Assembly: GCA_964304625.1 (NCBI GenBank)
Contig: OZ199840.1
Coordinates: 9,901,048 to 9,965,047, forward strand
Reading direction: 5' to 3'
DNA length: 64,000 bases
Source: Kudoa neothunni
Taxonomy: Eukaryota > Animalia > Cnidaria
Position 1 is the first letter of the stretch. Every line of letters starts with the position of its first letter. The notes beneath the pieces were generated by a model. It searched no databases and was not told the DNA's origin. It was given only the letters and a program-made list of their open reading frames with translations. Positions 1 through 13,476 of this stretch are shown here, piece after piece. Both the position numbers and the translations under genes were made by a program.

Positions 1-250
1 CCAGCGTTGAAAATTCAATCCATTAAACGTGACCGTAGTTTGGTCTTAAATCCCTTTAAATGTAGAAGGGCTGTTCACATACATATGGAGAAACTAACAT
101 TATCATTACAACAATAATTACACGCTGCAGTGTATGATACAGTAAGTACCCAACTTTCCGTAGTAATCGATTCGCTTATGCACAAAAGATTTAGCGAAAC
201 AGTTTTTTAAATTGCAAATTTGTCTGCGAGCCATATATTACCGACCCCTG
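1..250. mobile_element. Terminal part of a hAT (Buster/Charlie-like) DNA transposon, truncated by the window edge
   Basis: Ends in GCGAGCC...CCGACCCCTG (reverse complement CAGGGGTCGG, a typical Buster-type TIR). It is followed by CTCTAAAT (251-258), which fits the NTCTAGAN-like 8-bp target preference. The other end lies outside the window. Confidence 0.5.
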
Positions 251-2829
251 CTCTAAATACTCGATTTAATGGTCCATTATAACTAAAATTGAAATTCTAC
301 AACCTATTTTTTTATAAATAATTTTTTTTTAAATAAAAGTCGATAAAACCAGAATTTTAATCATTTATCTAAATAAAAATAAAAGTCTAATTAAAAGTAA
401 ATAAACGTCAAAAATTACCAACCCTAGTTACAGCTTATAGCCTATAATGATTAAAAAAGCTAAAATGCCCAAAAATTATTATCATTTAATTGGACTGGAC
501 GGAAACAAGAAAATTATACAAAAATCCTATTCTTAGTTATTATAACCATCTACATATTTCTCGACGTTTTTAAAATTTATTCCGTATCTAGTATTGTAAA
601 CAATGGCTTTATAATCAACATGTTGACATTGATCAATCTGGCGCAAGCGCACCGGATTTTATTGGAACATTTCATCTTATACACAATTCTAAATTATAAA
701 ATATTTATACCTGAAGTTTTTAAACAGAGATACATTAGATTGAGTTTTAGTATATATATTATTTCCACGGTAGAAGATATATTGTATATTACAAATAATG
801 AAAATAATGGTTTATTAGATAATCCACAACAATAATCCTGAAATAACTTTTTTGATTTAATTTTTAAACTTTCAAATATTTATGAATATATTATAAATTA
901 TGACAAATTATATTAAAACAAATGTTTAAAATGGCACTGTATTTTTGTTTGTTACCATATATTTTAGAGTTACAACTCAGTTGAACTGTTTTTTCAATGT
1001 ATTTTAAATAAATAATTTCAAAATAAGAGCTCAAGTGAGGTACATTTTTTTCTCTTGCTCATTTAAAATTTAAATTAATATTGTGCATAAAAATGTTACA
1101 GTAGGTTACCGATAATACGCATGACGGATAGTACAAAATTTTCTTTTTTTCAAAATATTTTGCGTACTCATTTTAACATAAGTTATATACTAATTTTATG
1201 ATTATATTTAAGTTCAAAACATTTAAAAATTAAAATAAGAAATCGCGGACGTTTCACATTCATTTGTCACGTGACTTACAGATTAGTACACAATACTTTT
1301 GTGGTTGATTTTAGATTTTCTAATATCATACTATTAAAAATGAGTAATAATTCTAAGTCAAAATACAGAATTGTCAAGGAAAAATATAATTAAATATTAC
1401 TCCAGTATTTCCTATAATGATGCCAAGGCTGCTACAATCAAACAATTTAAAATTTCCTCAATGTCTACATTAAATGGTAACCTTAATATTAGTTTTTCTG
1501 ATATTTATCATATCTGTTAAATTAACCATACTGACAACGTTACAATCGACTCCGAAACTCAGATAATGGTAGCGTCTGACAACAGATCAGCCATTTTTAA
1601 GATAGCATTGTGGAGTATGTAAAATAATTGAAATTATTTTTTGAATATCAAGAAAGGAAACAATCAATAAGTTTAGCTTCCTTAGAGGAAGACATTTATG
1701 ATATTATTTCGAAGAGTTTAATTCAAAAAAGAATAACCGATTATTTTTCATTTCAATAACATAATATAATATAATTTCAATTTTTATTGTTGCTTTAAAT
1801 TAAATTTAACGATTTTCTGATGAAAAGAAGTTAAAATATAATGTAAACTAAATGATCAAGCGCATGAAATTCATTGCGTAGTATCAATCCTCACCGATAG
1901 CGTGCAATTTTTTTACGGTCCCGAGGGGATTACATACTACCGGTTATCTATTGTAATATATTAATCTTTATTAGGATTTTTAAATAAATTATATCATTCA
2001 ATAATTATTAAATTAAAATTTTTGTTCAAGGTAAAATACATAGAGGAACCTATTTAATATATCTTCCCCATTATTTTTTTTCTTCCAGCATTGTTTATAT
2101 TAAAATAATATAAAATTTTTAATTTATTTTTTTAAATAATTAAGAATCATTTTCAATCCATACACTAAGATGGATAATTGTCATTTATTTACTTCAGAAG
2201 ATTCGTACATTGGTTATGCGCACAACAAAATCAAAAATGAAACTGTCTGCATTTATATTCAATATCATAAATTAATATGAACATATCAAATAGATCAATT
2301 TCAGTCATGTTCCAATTATATTTTTATAAAAATTATTGGAAAATTAATTTCTATCAATTTTTACATGGATCTCTTAAATCTTTTAGACCGTGGCATTGAT
2401 TCAATTGAAGAATGACTAGATCAGTGTATCCAAAACTTTTATTTTAGCATTGATTCGTATTTTCCCCAAAATATCAAATGTTCCACATATATATATTTAT
2501 AAGGTTTTATCGAATTAAACGTCAAAAATTAAAAATTTTTAATTATATTTATATCCAGTATAATTTATGATGATCTTTTCATAATTGTAATTGTACGCAT
2601 TAAATATAATTATCTTTAATTTATTAATTGAAAAATCCTATTTACAAATAATTTTGCCGTGGATTTTCAAATTTTAATATCGTCATTTAAACTTTAAGGT
2701 TAAACCATGGAGCTTGTCCTGTATCGACTTATCATTCATGTTTTGAGTTATTTTCATAGATTTCTCACATTTTAATTAATAATTCAAATACGAGCTTTAT
2801 ATTTTTAGGAATTTAATTTATTGGACCCA

Positions 2830-5800
2830 ATGGTATCATTAATAAAAAGTTACAAATTATTATTATTTGTTAATCTTTTCCTCCATATTCAGTGTAACGA
2901 ACGCACGATATTTTTTTATTGATAATTTCTTTCTATACATAGAAAATATGAAAAACATTGTGGTGTGGTTCTTGTAAATTTAATAAATTTAAATGTAACA
3001 TTTATAGTAAATTATTTTGAATAAAGCTCACCATTACCTAATATCAATATTCTTCAATACTTCTAGTATAAAAACGTAATTTATTCAAATAACGAGTTGT
3101 TTTGCTTTAGTTATACAAATAATTATTTAAATCTTCAATATATTGATTTATATAGGTATAATAGAAATATTATTATTGTTAATATTTAACTCATATAATA
3201 AATGAAGAATATGTATCAAGTAATATTTTCAGAACAAAGTCTTTTCAATTATGGAATATTAATTAATTTTTCGGACGAATAATCTTATTAGATATGAATG
3301 GCTATTGACCATTAAAGTTGAATAAGTTTAATATAATGAAGATTTTTATGAAACAACAAACAAATCAGCTTTATTATTATTTTTATTGTTTACTTTAACG
3401 AAGTTCTATTATCAGACAAATGAGACAGCGGTATACTGGTATATTTTGTCTCTTTGTTTTCACAGGTAAACTCTCTAAAAAATTATTATTGTGAATTTCA
3501 GTTAGTCTACCTGTCGCATTATGATTTCGAAAATGATATTGATAATAATATAATGAAATTAAATTTTTCAAACCATGATAACAACTATCATATTTTTCTC
3601 TCTGGGTACAACATCGAAAATAGTCACAGAAAATGTGCCCTCCAATATTACGATAACGTCGAAAACAAACTTAAGAAAATTCCTTCACATAACACACATA
3701 TATGCGGCACAACCGAAGATGAAGCAGCTACATCGTGTGTTTATAACTGTTCGAAAGTTACTTTGAAGTTCAGTTCGGAAGAATTTAAAAAAGTTAAATA
3801 TTTAAAGTGGTGTCAGGGAAAAAATGACAAGGACGTTAAGAAATGTGACGTTAAAAAATCTTTTTCAGTCAAAGGTATTTTAGAAATTTTTATATAAATT
3901 AATATTTCAATAGATATTTATTTAAAGAGTTATTTGAAAACAACTAAAGAAATTGATGAATTTATTGTTACAGTTAAAAGTAAAAAAAATGATGGGTTAA
4001 CTTCAAAAATCAACGGACTACAAGAAAAAGAAGTTACTGAATCTAATAAGTTTTATGATGAAAATTGTATAAAAATGAAAGCAAAATCACATAGTTCAAA
4101 ATACATAATCGAATTCACAAATAATTCACCCCGAAATTCAGTTAAATCCACTTAAGCCAGTTGAAGATTGGTTTATTGCAACTGGATCGAAGCATAATGC
4201 TAATGGTCAATATTATTATTCTATAACTCTTGAAAATCCATTACCTTCAAAAATATGTTACTTTGGAATAAAACATATCGATGACTCTCTGTTTTCATCT
4301 TCCTGCTCCGAAATGAATAAAGCTGGACCATGCTTCCAGCCATGCCATAGAGCAACATTAAAATATTGGAAAGCGTTAAATTTTGCACAAGTAATGGTCA
4401 AGTCTTATGACAACCCAACATCAAAAGAATTTATTCAAACTGTTACATGTAATTTTTTTATAGAAATAAATTTTCTAATATATAATTAGTTAGAGATGGT
4501 CAACCCAAAGCAACGGTTACGGATAATGTAGCCAATATTTCCTTAAGTAACTTAGATAGGAATGAAGATTCCACCAATAGTCAATCTGGTTCGTCAATTA
4601 CGGAGATTAAAATAATAAAGAAATTTCTTGGAATTGATTCTACTTGGAATGAACATACATGTAATGAGGAATGTTCTAGCTTTGGCAGCATAACTATTAA
4701 CGCATTGGACAAGTTAACAGCATACGTTCTCAGAGTTAAAATATCAGGATTACAAACAGTAGATTCTTCTGAAGTTAATTATTATCATAGATATTTTTAT
4801 TTCAAAACAATAGGTATCTATAATTGATAAATAAAAATTTTATATTAATGGATAGGAGAGGAATTTCCAGGATCCAAGACTTTTACCGTAACCGCTGATT
4901 CAAATATGAATACAAAATTAATTGTTACTCCATCAAGTCTTTTAACAGATGAAATTAATAAAAATGCTAAATGCCAATTATATCACTCAAAGGTAGGAAC
5001 TGAATCCTTGAAATTACCTGCCACATGTGAAAAAGGCAACGACAAACAATTTTGTTCAGGGATGTGCATTAGCACTTTCACTGTTGTGAACCTTGACCCA
5101 AAAACAAGCTATAAATTTACTGTTTGTTCTGAAAGATACACATGCTTTGACAATGACGTTATTGCAGGAAGTAAGGTTTATAATTTTGATAAATAACGAA
5201 TATTTTTAATAGCAAATGGTGTAACGCATACACTTACAGCTAGTAATGATAGCACAGCCAAAAAAACAAAAGTTACTATAAATCCTCAAAGTGGAACTAG
5301 TGAAGATACTTGGGTATATTTACTTATAGAAAAATTATCGAAAAAAACAATTATTGATTGTTTAAATTCCGTGTGCAATCCTACGGTATCATCTAACATT
5401 CTAAGTTTTGAATGGGCTGATCTTAATCCTGATCATGTGTACAGCATAGTTATGTTTAATAAAGATTACACTATACCGGAGCTAACTGAAATACAAAGTA
5501 TGTATTTATTATAAAAAAGCTTGATGTTATATAGGAGGGGAGCGAGGAAAGCACCGATCCAATGATTCTACGATACGATGCATCTGTTCAAAAATATAAA
5601 GTAAAATTTAATGGAGATCCAATTAAGGGTGGGTTGTAAACAATGTATTGTCAAAAAAATCAAATTCACACTTAACTGGATATGAAGATGCTGGTGAAAA
5701 TAAAGAAATTAATAAAAAGTGCAGCGAGCTTACGGGGGAAGAAGTTATTAATATTGATATTTCTAAAAAGCTCAATTATATTTCTGTCACTTATGAACAT

Positions 5801-8800
5801 ATTGATGAAGTCGAGAAAGCCACCTTAAAATCGGGAATCAAGATACCCATAGGTTTTAAAATCAATTTTGTTTGAAGGCGTTATAAGTCCCCCCAGTATT
5901 TTCTAAAGGAGGCAGAATCGAAAAAAGTACAATCGACGGGGAGAAAGAACCAACAAGAGATGATAAAGGTGCTGCAGAAGAACACGGGAAACAACAAAAA
6001 GATGCTACGGAAAAGGTAGTAATAACGGAGTTGCCAACACCAGGAAAACCTAAGAGGGGCACGCCCATAAAAATAACTGAACCAGCTAAATATGTCAAAG
6101 GATTCGTTTATTCAATTTATATAGGTAAGATATAATTGGTATATCGTTTTATTTGTTATATAAGATAACTACGAGGAGATAACATACACTGCAATACTTG
6201 ATGAAGGAAAAATAAAATTGGGACTGAATAAATGTCCCTTAAACTGTATCGCTTATAAAGATAATGTCGAAGATAATTCTGGAACCGAATTAAGTTCACC
6301 TTCCCACAGTCCCTGTAAATTTAAAAATTTTTCAATACTATTCACAGACTATATCGAGGATTATTCTATACGCTGCCCTAATTATTTTGATTTTCATTAC
6401 TATTACGATAATAGTTTCGTAAAAACTAACGCTCCGATATTTAACCGTTTTTACTATGAATTGGTTGTTGAGGAAGACAAAAAACAGTTAGAAATAAAGT
6501 TAGTTAACAAGGAACCATCTGAAATATGCACGTTTGAATGGATAGACGCAACAGCCTCATCATCTCTCCGATATTTTTCAAGTGAATGCCAAAACAAAGG
6601 AAATTGTTATTATGGCTTGTGCAATAATATGCTCTTTGAAAAAGTTTCAGATAAAATAAAGGTAGTCAAAATACGTGTCCTCAAACTAGGAATTTCTCCT
6701 GTTATTGGCTATCAAAACAACGTCTATTTACGTAATTATTTTATTGTTTAGTTACATTATATTAAATTTAGTAAAACATGGAAACGACATGACTGTCAAG
6801 ACCTCCAATAATAATGTGAAAATTGATATTGGGAAAAATAATAAGAAAGAAGATGGTCAACAAGTTGCTGATTCCCCTCCCCCCAAGTGTACGTTAAAGA
6901 AATGGAACACGTATGCACCTTTGGTTAGTGAAGAGGATAGGAAAAGTATCTCCAGTCCAGATTGTATTTTTGGAGAATTAGAAATATCACCAGTTAAAAC
7001 TACTTTACCAAACGATATTATGGTAACAGTAACAAATATTCCTAACTATACACCAAAGAAATATTTTTACCATAAAATTAGTATGATTTTGATTATATCA
7101 TAATAACTAATTATTTTTTCTTGAGCTCAAGGAAAGGATCTAAATACAGCTGCCGAATCTGTTATTACTAATGCAAACGGATTCACGTTCACCTCCTCAT
7201 TCGACAGCTATAACCACCACATGCACTATATATATCAAAGAAAGTAGAGCTTCGGATTATTATCCTGCTACATGTACACAAAACACATTATGTGTTGATA
7301 CATGTAGCAAATCATTTACCATTGAAGGACTCTATTCTGGCACCAGTTACAATATAAAGATTGTACCTAGTGGAGATTATAACGTTAAAATCATCGAAAA
7401 TAAACCGACATGTGCTTATATCCATTTTTCTTAATGATTAAATCACCTTTAGCTGGTAATGACGTTGAATTTGAGGTCTCCAGTGATTCCACTAAAAATA
7501 ATCTTAAAGTGACATTTAAAGGAAATATTGGTGATTTTAGTACCACGGACTGTTACTACCAACTATATAAACATGAATCAGATACTAGTAATTATTATAT
7601 TTTGATTAAGGATTGAAATAGTTTAGCTTCGCCAACAACAATATCGCAGTCATGTATTGGATGCGAATCGGAAAATGAACTTAAATGTAGTGATATACAT
7701 TTTGGTTCTTCTGCTTATAATCATAAGTACAATTATCGATTATGGATATATGCAAAAGAAACATCAGCCCCATTTAAGCTTGTGATACCAGGTTAGTTGA
7801 CAATGAATTCCATTTTGTATATTTGTGTAGCATTTTTAAGGATGGGAAAGCTTAAACAAAAATTTATGGCAGCTACTGAGAGCGATATGGAAACATTTTC
7901 TATAACATTAGAAGAGTTTACAAATAATTACCAATGTGTCATTAAAATTTCTAATTTTGACCCCAATCCTACATTTGATAAACCGACATGTTCTTCACAC
8001 ACAGACGAAAGTTACTGTTTAATACGTTGTGACACAAGTGACTTTGTTGTTGGGCATGTAAATTCCAAAGTTGATCGTTACATTTCGATTTGTTATGGTT
8101 CAGATAATAATAAGGCACAAAGTTGTAGATCACCTTCAGTTTATGCCATAGAAATGGGTATTTAAATTATGTTAATATTTTATTACTTAATATTGTGTTA
8201 TTAATTAAATACTATTTTAAGATTACTTGCAGCAAAATACATACAAAATAGCACACGAAAATGGAAAGATGAAACTTTCGTATAAAACAACTTCCGAAAC
8301 AGATTGGAGTGTTACAGTAGATGGCAAAGAAGATACTTTTAGTAGCACAGACAGAGACAAGTTGAAACAATCAAAATATTCTGATACACCACAGGAAAAA
8401 TCGGGAGTTTTTGTGATTAATAGATTTATGAGTTATTATAAATTTAATTCTACGTTTTTATGGCCGGGATTGATTTATTATACAAACAGCACGTTTTTGA
8501 ATACAACAATTCCAGTGAAATCCAAAATTATTTATTCTATTTCTGATGTTGCAGGGGATAACAAGAAAATTAATATAACATACTCTCACGGTCCCTATAA
8601 TTATGAAATGTGTCATATAAAAGTTTTTGAAGTCGGTACCGAAAGCACAGGCAATGAAAAGGTTTTGAATGAATGTGGAATTGAGTTGGGCGGTTGCTAT
8701 CAACTCTGCCAAGATGGAGTGATTAGTTTGACACAGCAATATACTAAAATTGGAGTCATTGTTAAACGACGATTTGATAATGATGGATTTAAAGAATATT

Positions 8801-10371
8801 TTAGAAGTAAATTATAATTATTTTTAATAGTTTATTCGGTTTAGAGGGTGACAATGGTTTTTCATTGGAAGGCATTTCTACCACGAGTGTGACTCTCAAG
8901 GGATTGAACACCTATATAACTCTAAAAGAAGGAAGTTCAAATCCTACCTGTATTATTTATGTTAGGATGGAAAATAAAATTTCAGCTGAAAAGCTGGCTC
9001 ATTGTAACACTAAGGCATGCAATACTGACTGTGATGAATCATACTCCATTACGGATTTGGATGCCGGGACAAGTTACATACTTTCAGTTGTAATTTCAAA
9101 TTTGGGATTTAATGATTATGTAAGGAAAGTGAAATTTAGAACATGTAAATATAAATAAAATTATAATTTATTTTAATATGATTTAGTGGGTGTAACAGAG
9201 TTAAGTAAATTTGAAACAGAAATTAAAATCGAGTCAGGCATGGCTATATTAACACCATTCGTTGCTGACAATTCCTTACCAGTTTGTAAAATTTACATAA
9301 AGAAAAATGGACCAACAGATCCAAAATATATGGCTACATGCGATAGAATAGGAATTTGTGAAAATAGTTGCAACAGTGAATTCAAAATAACTAATCTTGA
9401 GCTGGGAAAAACTTACGAAGTAATCATAGAACCGACAGACGGTAAAAAGCAAACAACCCATACAATCACAAGAGGTATTTCTTGATAGTTTTTTATTTAA
9501 CTAAATTTTTATAGCTAATGTTGAAACCACCATTTCGTACAGTTTTAAAGATGGAAGTGACTTAAAGATTATTGTTAATTTTGAAGAAGATAAAGCTAGC
9601 TCTAAATGCCCTTTTATGCTTCATGAGAAAACAGAAATGATGGAAAAACAACCAATAATTGCTTGGTGTAATGATGATGAGGAATGTTCTGCCAATAAGT
9701 GTGTTATCGATGTCAATAGTTTATCAAAAGAGAATAATTACATCTTGAATGTAAAAGTGAAAGATATTTCACTCTACAAAAAGCATGAAATTCCTTGTAA
9801 TTTTTGATATTGCTATATTATAAAATAATAATATTTTAATGATGCTACTGATAGATGCAAGAATTATAAAAGCCTTAAGGTGATTAAAATAAATATTGGT
9901 GTATTTTTAAAAATTTTGTTCTAGTAAATTCATATAATATATAAATTTTATCAAAGTGATAATAGAAGAGGAAAATATAAAGAGTGAATACTCCGATATT
10001 AATATAGACGATATAGTTCAAAAAGTGATAAGGAAGATTGAAAAAGGGTACCTAAATTTATTTAATTATTTTTAATAATATTTGATTAGTATTTATTATT
10101 CTAATGAAAATATTGGAGTTAAAAAATAATTAGATAGCAAAGAAAAGCATGAGCATGCAGTAGCAGAAAGCCGGAATTCGTAAATTCATTATTATCTACA
10201 AATCTTAACTCTTTATAGATCACTAAATAGCTATATGTAAATATTGCCTGCAATGATTTAATAATATTTTTTAGTTTATATGCCTTGTTACCAATTGTGG
10301 TAGCACTATTTGTTGTGATAGGTATTGGCGTTAGAAAGAAAATATCCAAAAATACAACTTATGATTTATAA
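2830..10371 (+). CDS. Large multi-exon type-I membrane protein with repeated Cys-rich fibronectin-type-III-like modules; possibly pseudogenised
   Basis: About 20+ exons joined by mostly ~35-45 nt, mostly phase-1 GT-AG introns (e.g. 3875-3913, 4449-4489, 6125-6164). Repeated FN3 tyrosine-corner motifs: NLDPKTSY, DLNPDHVY, GLYSGTSY, DLDAGTSY, NLELGKTY. C-terminal TM helix ILYALLPIVVALFVVIGIGV followed by RKKISKNTTYDL*. Candidate signal peptide MVSLIKSYKLLLFVNLFLHIQ at 2830; the structure upstream of 3466 is unresolved. Confidence 0.7.
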
Positions 10372-11019
10372 CAAATATATTAGGGATTATTTCATTATCT
10401 TCAGAATAATCTTTTATATTTTATTATTCATAGGATGTATTTAATATAAAAAATCTCCTATCTAAATAGATAAAACTTAACAATAAAAAATTAAAAATAT
10501 TAATTATGTTTTACGAATAAAATTAATCATAAAGTCGAGATTTGATATTGCGTAATTTTTCCCCGATCCCAAAAAATTACGCAATCAAAAGGTTTTCTGC
10601 GATACCAAGTTAGGAACACAGGTCAAATATTTTAAAATTAAATTCAAAGATAATTATCTTAACGATAAAAATCTTAAATTACATAATATTCAATCTAGAA
10701 TGTGGTTGTAATATGTTTTATTATTTTTATAAATTAGCGCAAAATCTCCATTTTAGCCCGGCAGTAGAAATATTATGTAATGAAACATTCCTTAAAATAA
10801 TATAAAAATACACTGATACTTTCATTTACACATAGAAAGAATTAAGTTAAAAATTTCTAAAAGTATTATACTAATAACTATTGTGATTTATGACACGAAA
10901 ATCAAGATCAGTTTGTGGAGATCATAAAAATAATAAAAACTTTGTAGTTAGAAGATAACTTAATTAAAATACTTTATTAGCATAGATTAATATGACTTTA
11001 TCCGATGAAAACTATATTA

Positions 11020-11366
11020 CAGTCCAAGTTCGATTATCCGGAAAATTTGGGACCGGCGATTTCCTTTACGGACGGCGAGGCTCCGGTTAATCGAACATAA
11101 ACAACGTCAAATGCCCGCATATTTTTTGAATTATCCACTTAAAGAATATTTTATTTTACTTCATCACTCTGAATTAAAAATATTGGCATATCTATTAACT
11201 AACAATATAGAGACTTAAACAAAAAAACAGTACATAATTAGGGAAGAAAAACACGTCTACAGATTAGTCAGCTATTTTTTTAAATAATCAAACATTCATC
11301 CACACGTGAATTCAATAAAATCCCAAGAAAATTTAAAATATCTTCCGTATAATCGAGGTTCGACTG
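11020..11366. mobile_element. pogo/Tigger-type MITE (~347 bp)
   Basis: Left TIR CAGTCCAAGTTCGATTATCCGGAA; right TIR (reverse complement) CAGTCGAACCTCGATTATACGGAA. TA flanks both ends. Confidence 0.8.
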
Positions 11367-11677
11367 TATTTGTAAAATTAGAATCAGTCTCTCTCATATG
11401 TCTAATTTATCAATTTATGGTGTAGTCTAATAATGTCTAAATAAATATACCATTTTAAAATAGTTATGAATTTAGCTTCTAAGTTAAATCTGCAAATTTG
11501 TTTTTTTCACCGGCCGAGGACGTAAATTTGAAAAAAACAGTTGAGAATCTACGATATCAATAACACTTTTAATGTTGTATTTAAACGCGTTATTATTTAA
11601 GAATTAATTCAATGCTAAGAAATTACACACAATTTTAGTGTAATAAACGACCCAGAAAGTCTTATTAAGTTGGTTAA

Positions 11678-12827
11678 CTTTCCGAGGGCCTCAAAATCGG
11701 CTATACACATGGTGCTTTTGAGGTCAATTTGACCCCAGGTCTTTATTTTTATTACATCGTTAAATGCAATAAGGAGGTATGTAATCATACATAACGTTAA
11801 AAAAAATTAATCGACAAATTTCTGTTATATTTTCACCAAGAGTTACTACACTGCATGTATACAAAATAATTCGAATTCGCGTGAATTTAATGGCATAATC
11901 TGTGTTTTTGTCGACTTGGAGTTTATTATAACAAATTAGTTAGATAAATTAGCCCTCCAAGTGAATTTTTACAATAATATTATAGTGTATTAATGTAACA
12001 TAATTCCTCACCACTTATAGTAATTTTATATCTGTATAAATGCTTTCGGAAAAATAAATTGAATTTTTGTTGCCATATATCAAAAAGGTTAATGTAAAAA
12101 CATCTTCCACATAAAATTATTTAAAATATTGATAAATGTGATTTTTTAAAATTTACTGGAATTCTATTGAGTAAATAATGAGCAAATAACAAAACACTAT
12201 ACACGCGATGTCAGTACGCATGCGCTATAGGTATAATCATGTTGTTCCCTCAAGAATACAACGATAGCTCCTCATTCTCTCATTAATTTTAATTCAATCA
12301 TTCAAAATACGACGAATTTTCGTCATTGTGTTTATTTTACGTTGTAGAGAACATCCTAAAACATATATGAAAATTTTTCATCAATATTCATAGTTTCGTA
12401 ATATAGAAAGCAATCAAAAAGCATATGATATATGATAGAATTGTTCAACATATCAACATCGTGACATGTTTTGTGTTTTTTTATACGCAGTTTTACATTG
12501 CATTGTTTATAATAAGATAAATTAACTGAAAGCTGTTATAAAACTTGAATTAAATCTTAAAACTAAAAAACCGCAGAAATACTCCAATAAATATAATCAT
12601 ATTCCATAGAAATGTAACAACATTAATTTGCGCGCACGCGTGTATAGAATACAACTTTAGTAATTGGTCATTTATTCAAAACTTACCCAATGAATTTTCC
12701 TCATATTTTGTAAGTCAATGCTGAATTTTATTAGAGATAATTTTATTAAATAAAAAAGTGGGGTAAATTTTGACCCCATTTTTATTTGGAGGGTGTAAAT
12801 ATTTCAGCTACTTAGTTACTTAGAAGG
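11678..12827. mobile_element. Putative non-autonomous piggyBac-like element
   Basis: TTAA at both flanks (11674-77 and 12828-31). Degenerate termini CTTTCCGAG / CCTTCTAAG (rc). Subterminal palindromes GGTCAATTTGACCCC (~11722) and GGGGTAAATTTTGACCCC (~12760). Confidence 0.4.
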
Positions 12828-13476
12828 TTAAGAAGGCACAACTATTTGAACAGACTATAATCGTTTATACAACTCGGTATTTATCCATGATACTATCATT
12901 CATAAATAGCCCTATATTTTACCCCAACAAACTCACATTATTAAAAATGAGTCAAGTTGGAGTTCGCTCACATGTATGTACAGTAATGCTACCAATTAAA
13001 ACCCTGTTTGATTAGTTGGATGGTTGCTTATTTCATAAACGAAATTCTAAGAGAGGAATGGACGTTTTATGTCGATATATAATGAACTTATTTGCATTTT
13101 AAAATATTTTACGAATTTTACAGATAGCTTGTTTTTGACCGCTCAATGATGAACCAGATAAATGTAGGGTAGCCAACATTTTCGCCCATTAACGACAGAA
13201 AACCTTGTTAAACTAGTTACAAGGATCAGGCTTAAAATTAAACATCTAAAATGAAAATATTAACCCAACTTAATTTTACACATAAATGCCCATCCGTTGA
13301 TAATAATAAAAGATTATTATCGAATTGCGCAATACAATCAAAGTCCGTAAAAATTGCAGACTTTTCAAAACGAACTTTAAACATATGTAAAGCTAATGAA
13401 TATGCATATAAACGATGGTAGTTATAATAGTGTGTTTGGGCTAACACAAAACAATGCAAAATTCTCAACAAATAAG

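Noticed and set aside
5624-5687. Frameshift at AAGGGTGGG in the surface-protein gene
   Set aside because: It can be resolved by a normal 59-nt GT-AG intron (5629-5687), so it was not counted as a lesion.
3021-10129. Reassigned TAA/TAG (ciliate-like Gln code), suggested by in-frame stops in the surface-protein gene and the TAA/CAA pair in the Kunitz tails
   Set aside because: The >800-codon RME-8 exon has no TAA or TAG, and Psf1, RME-8 and PGLS end in TAA or TAG at the expected positions.
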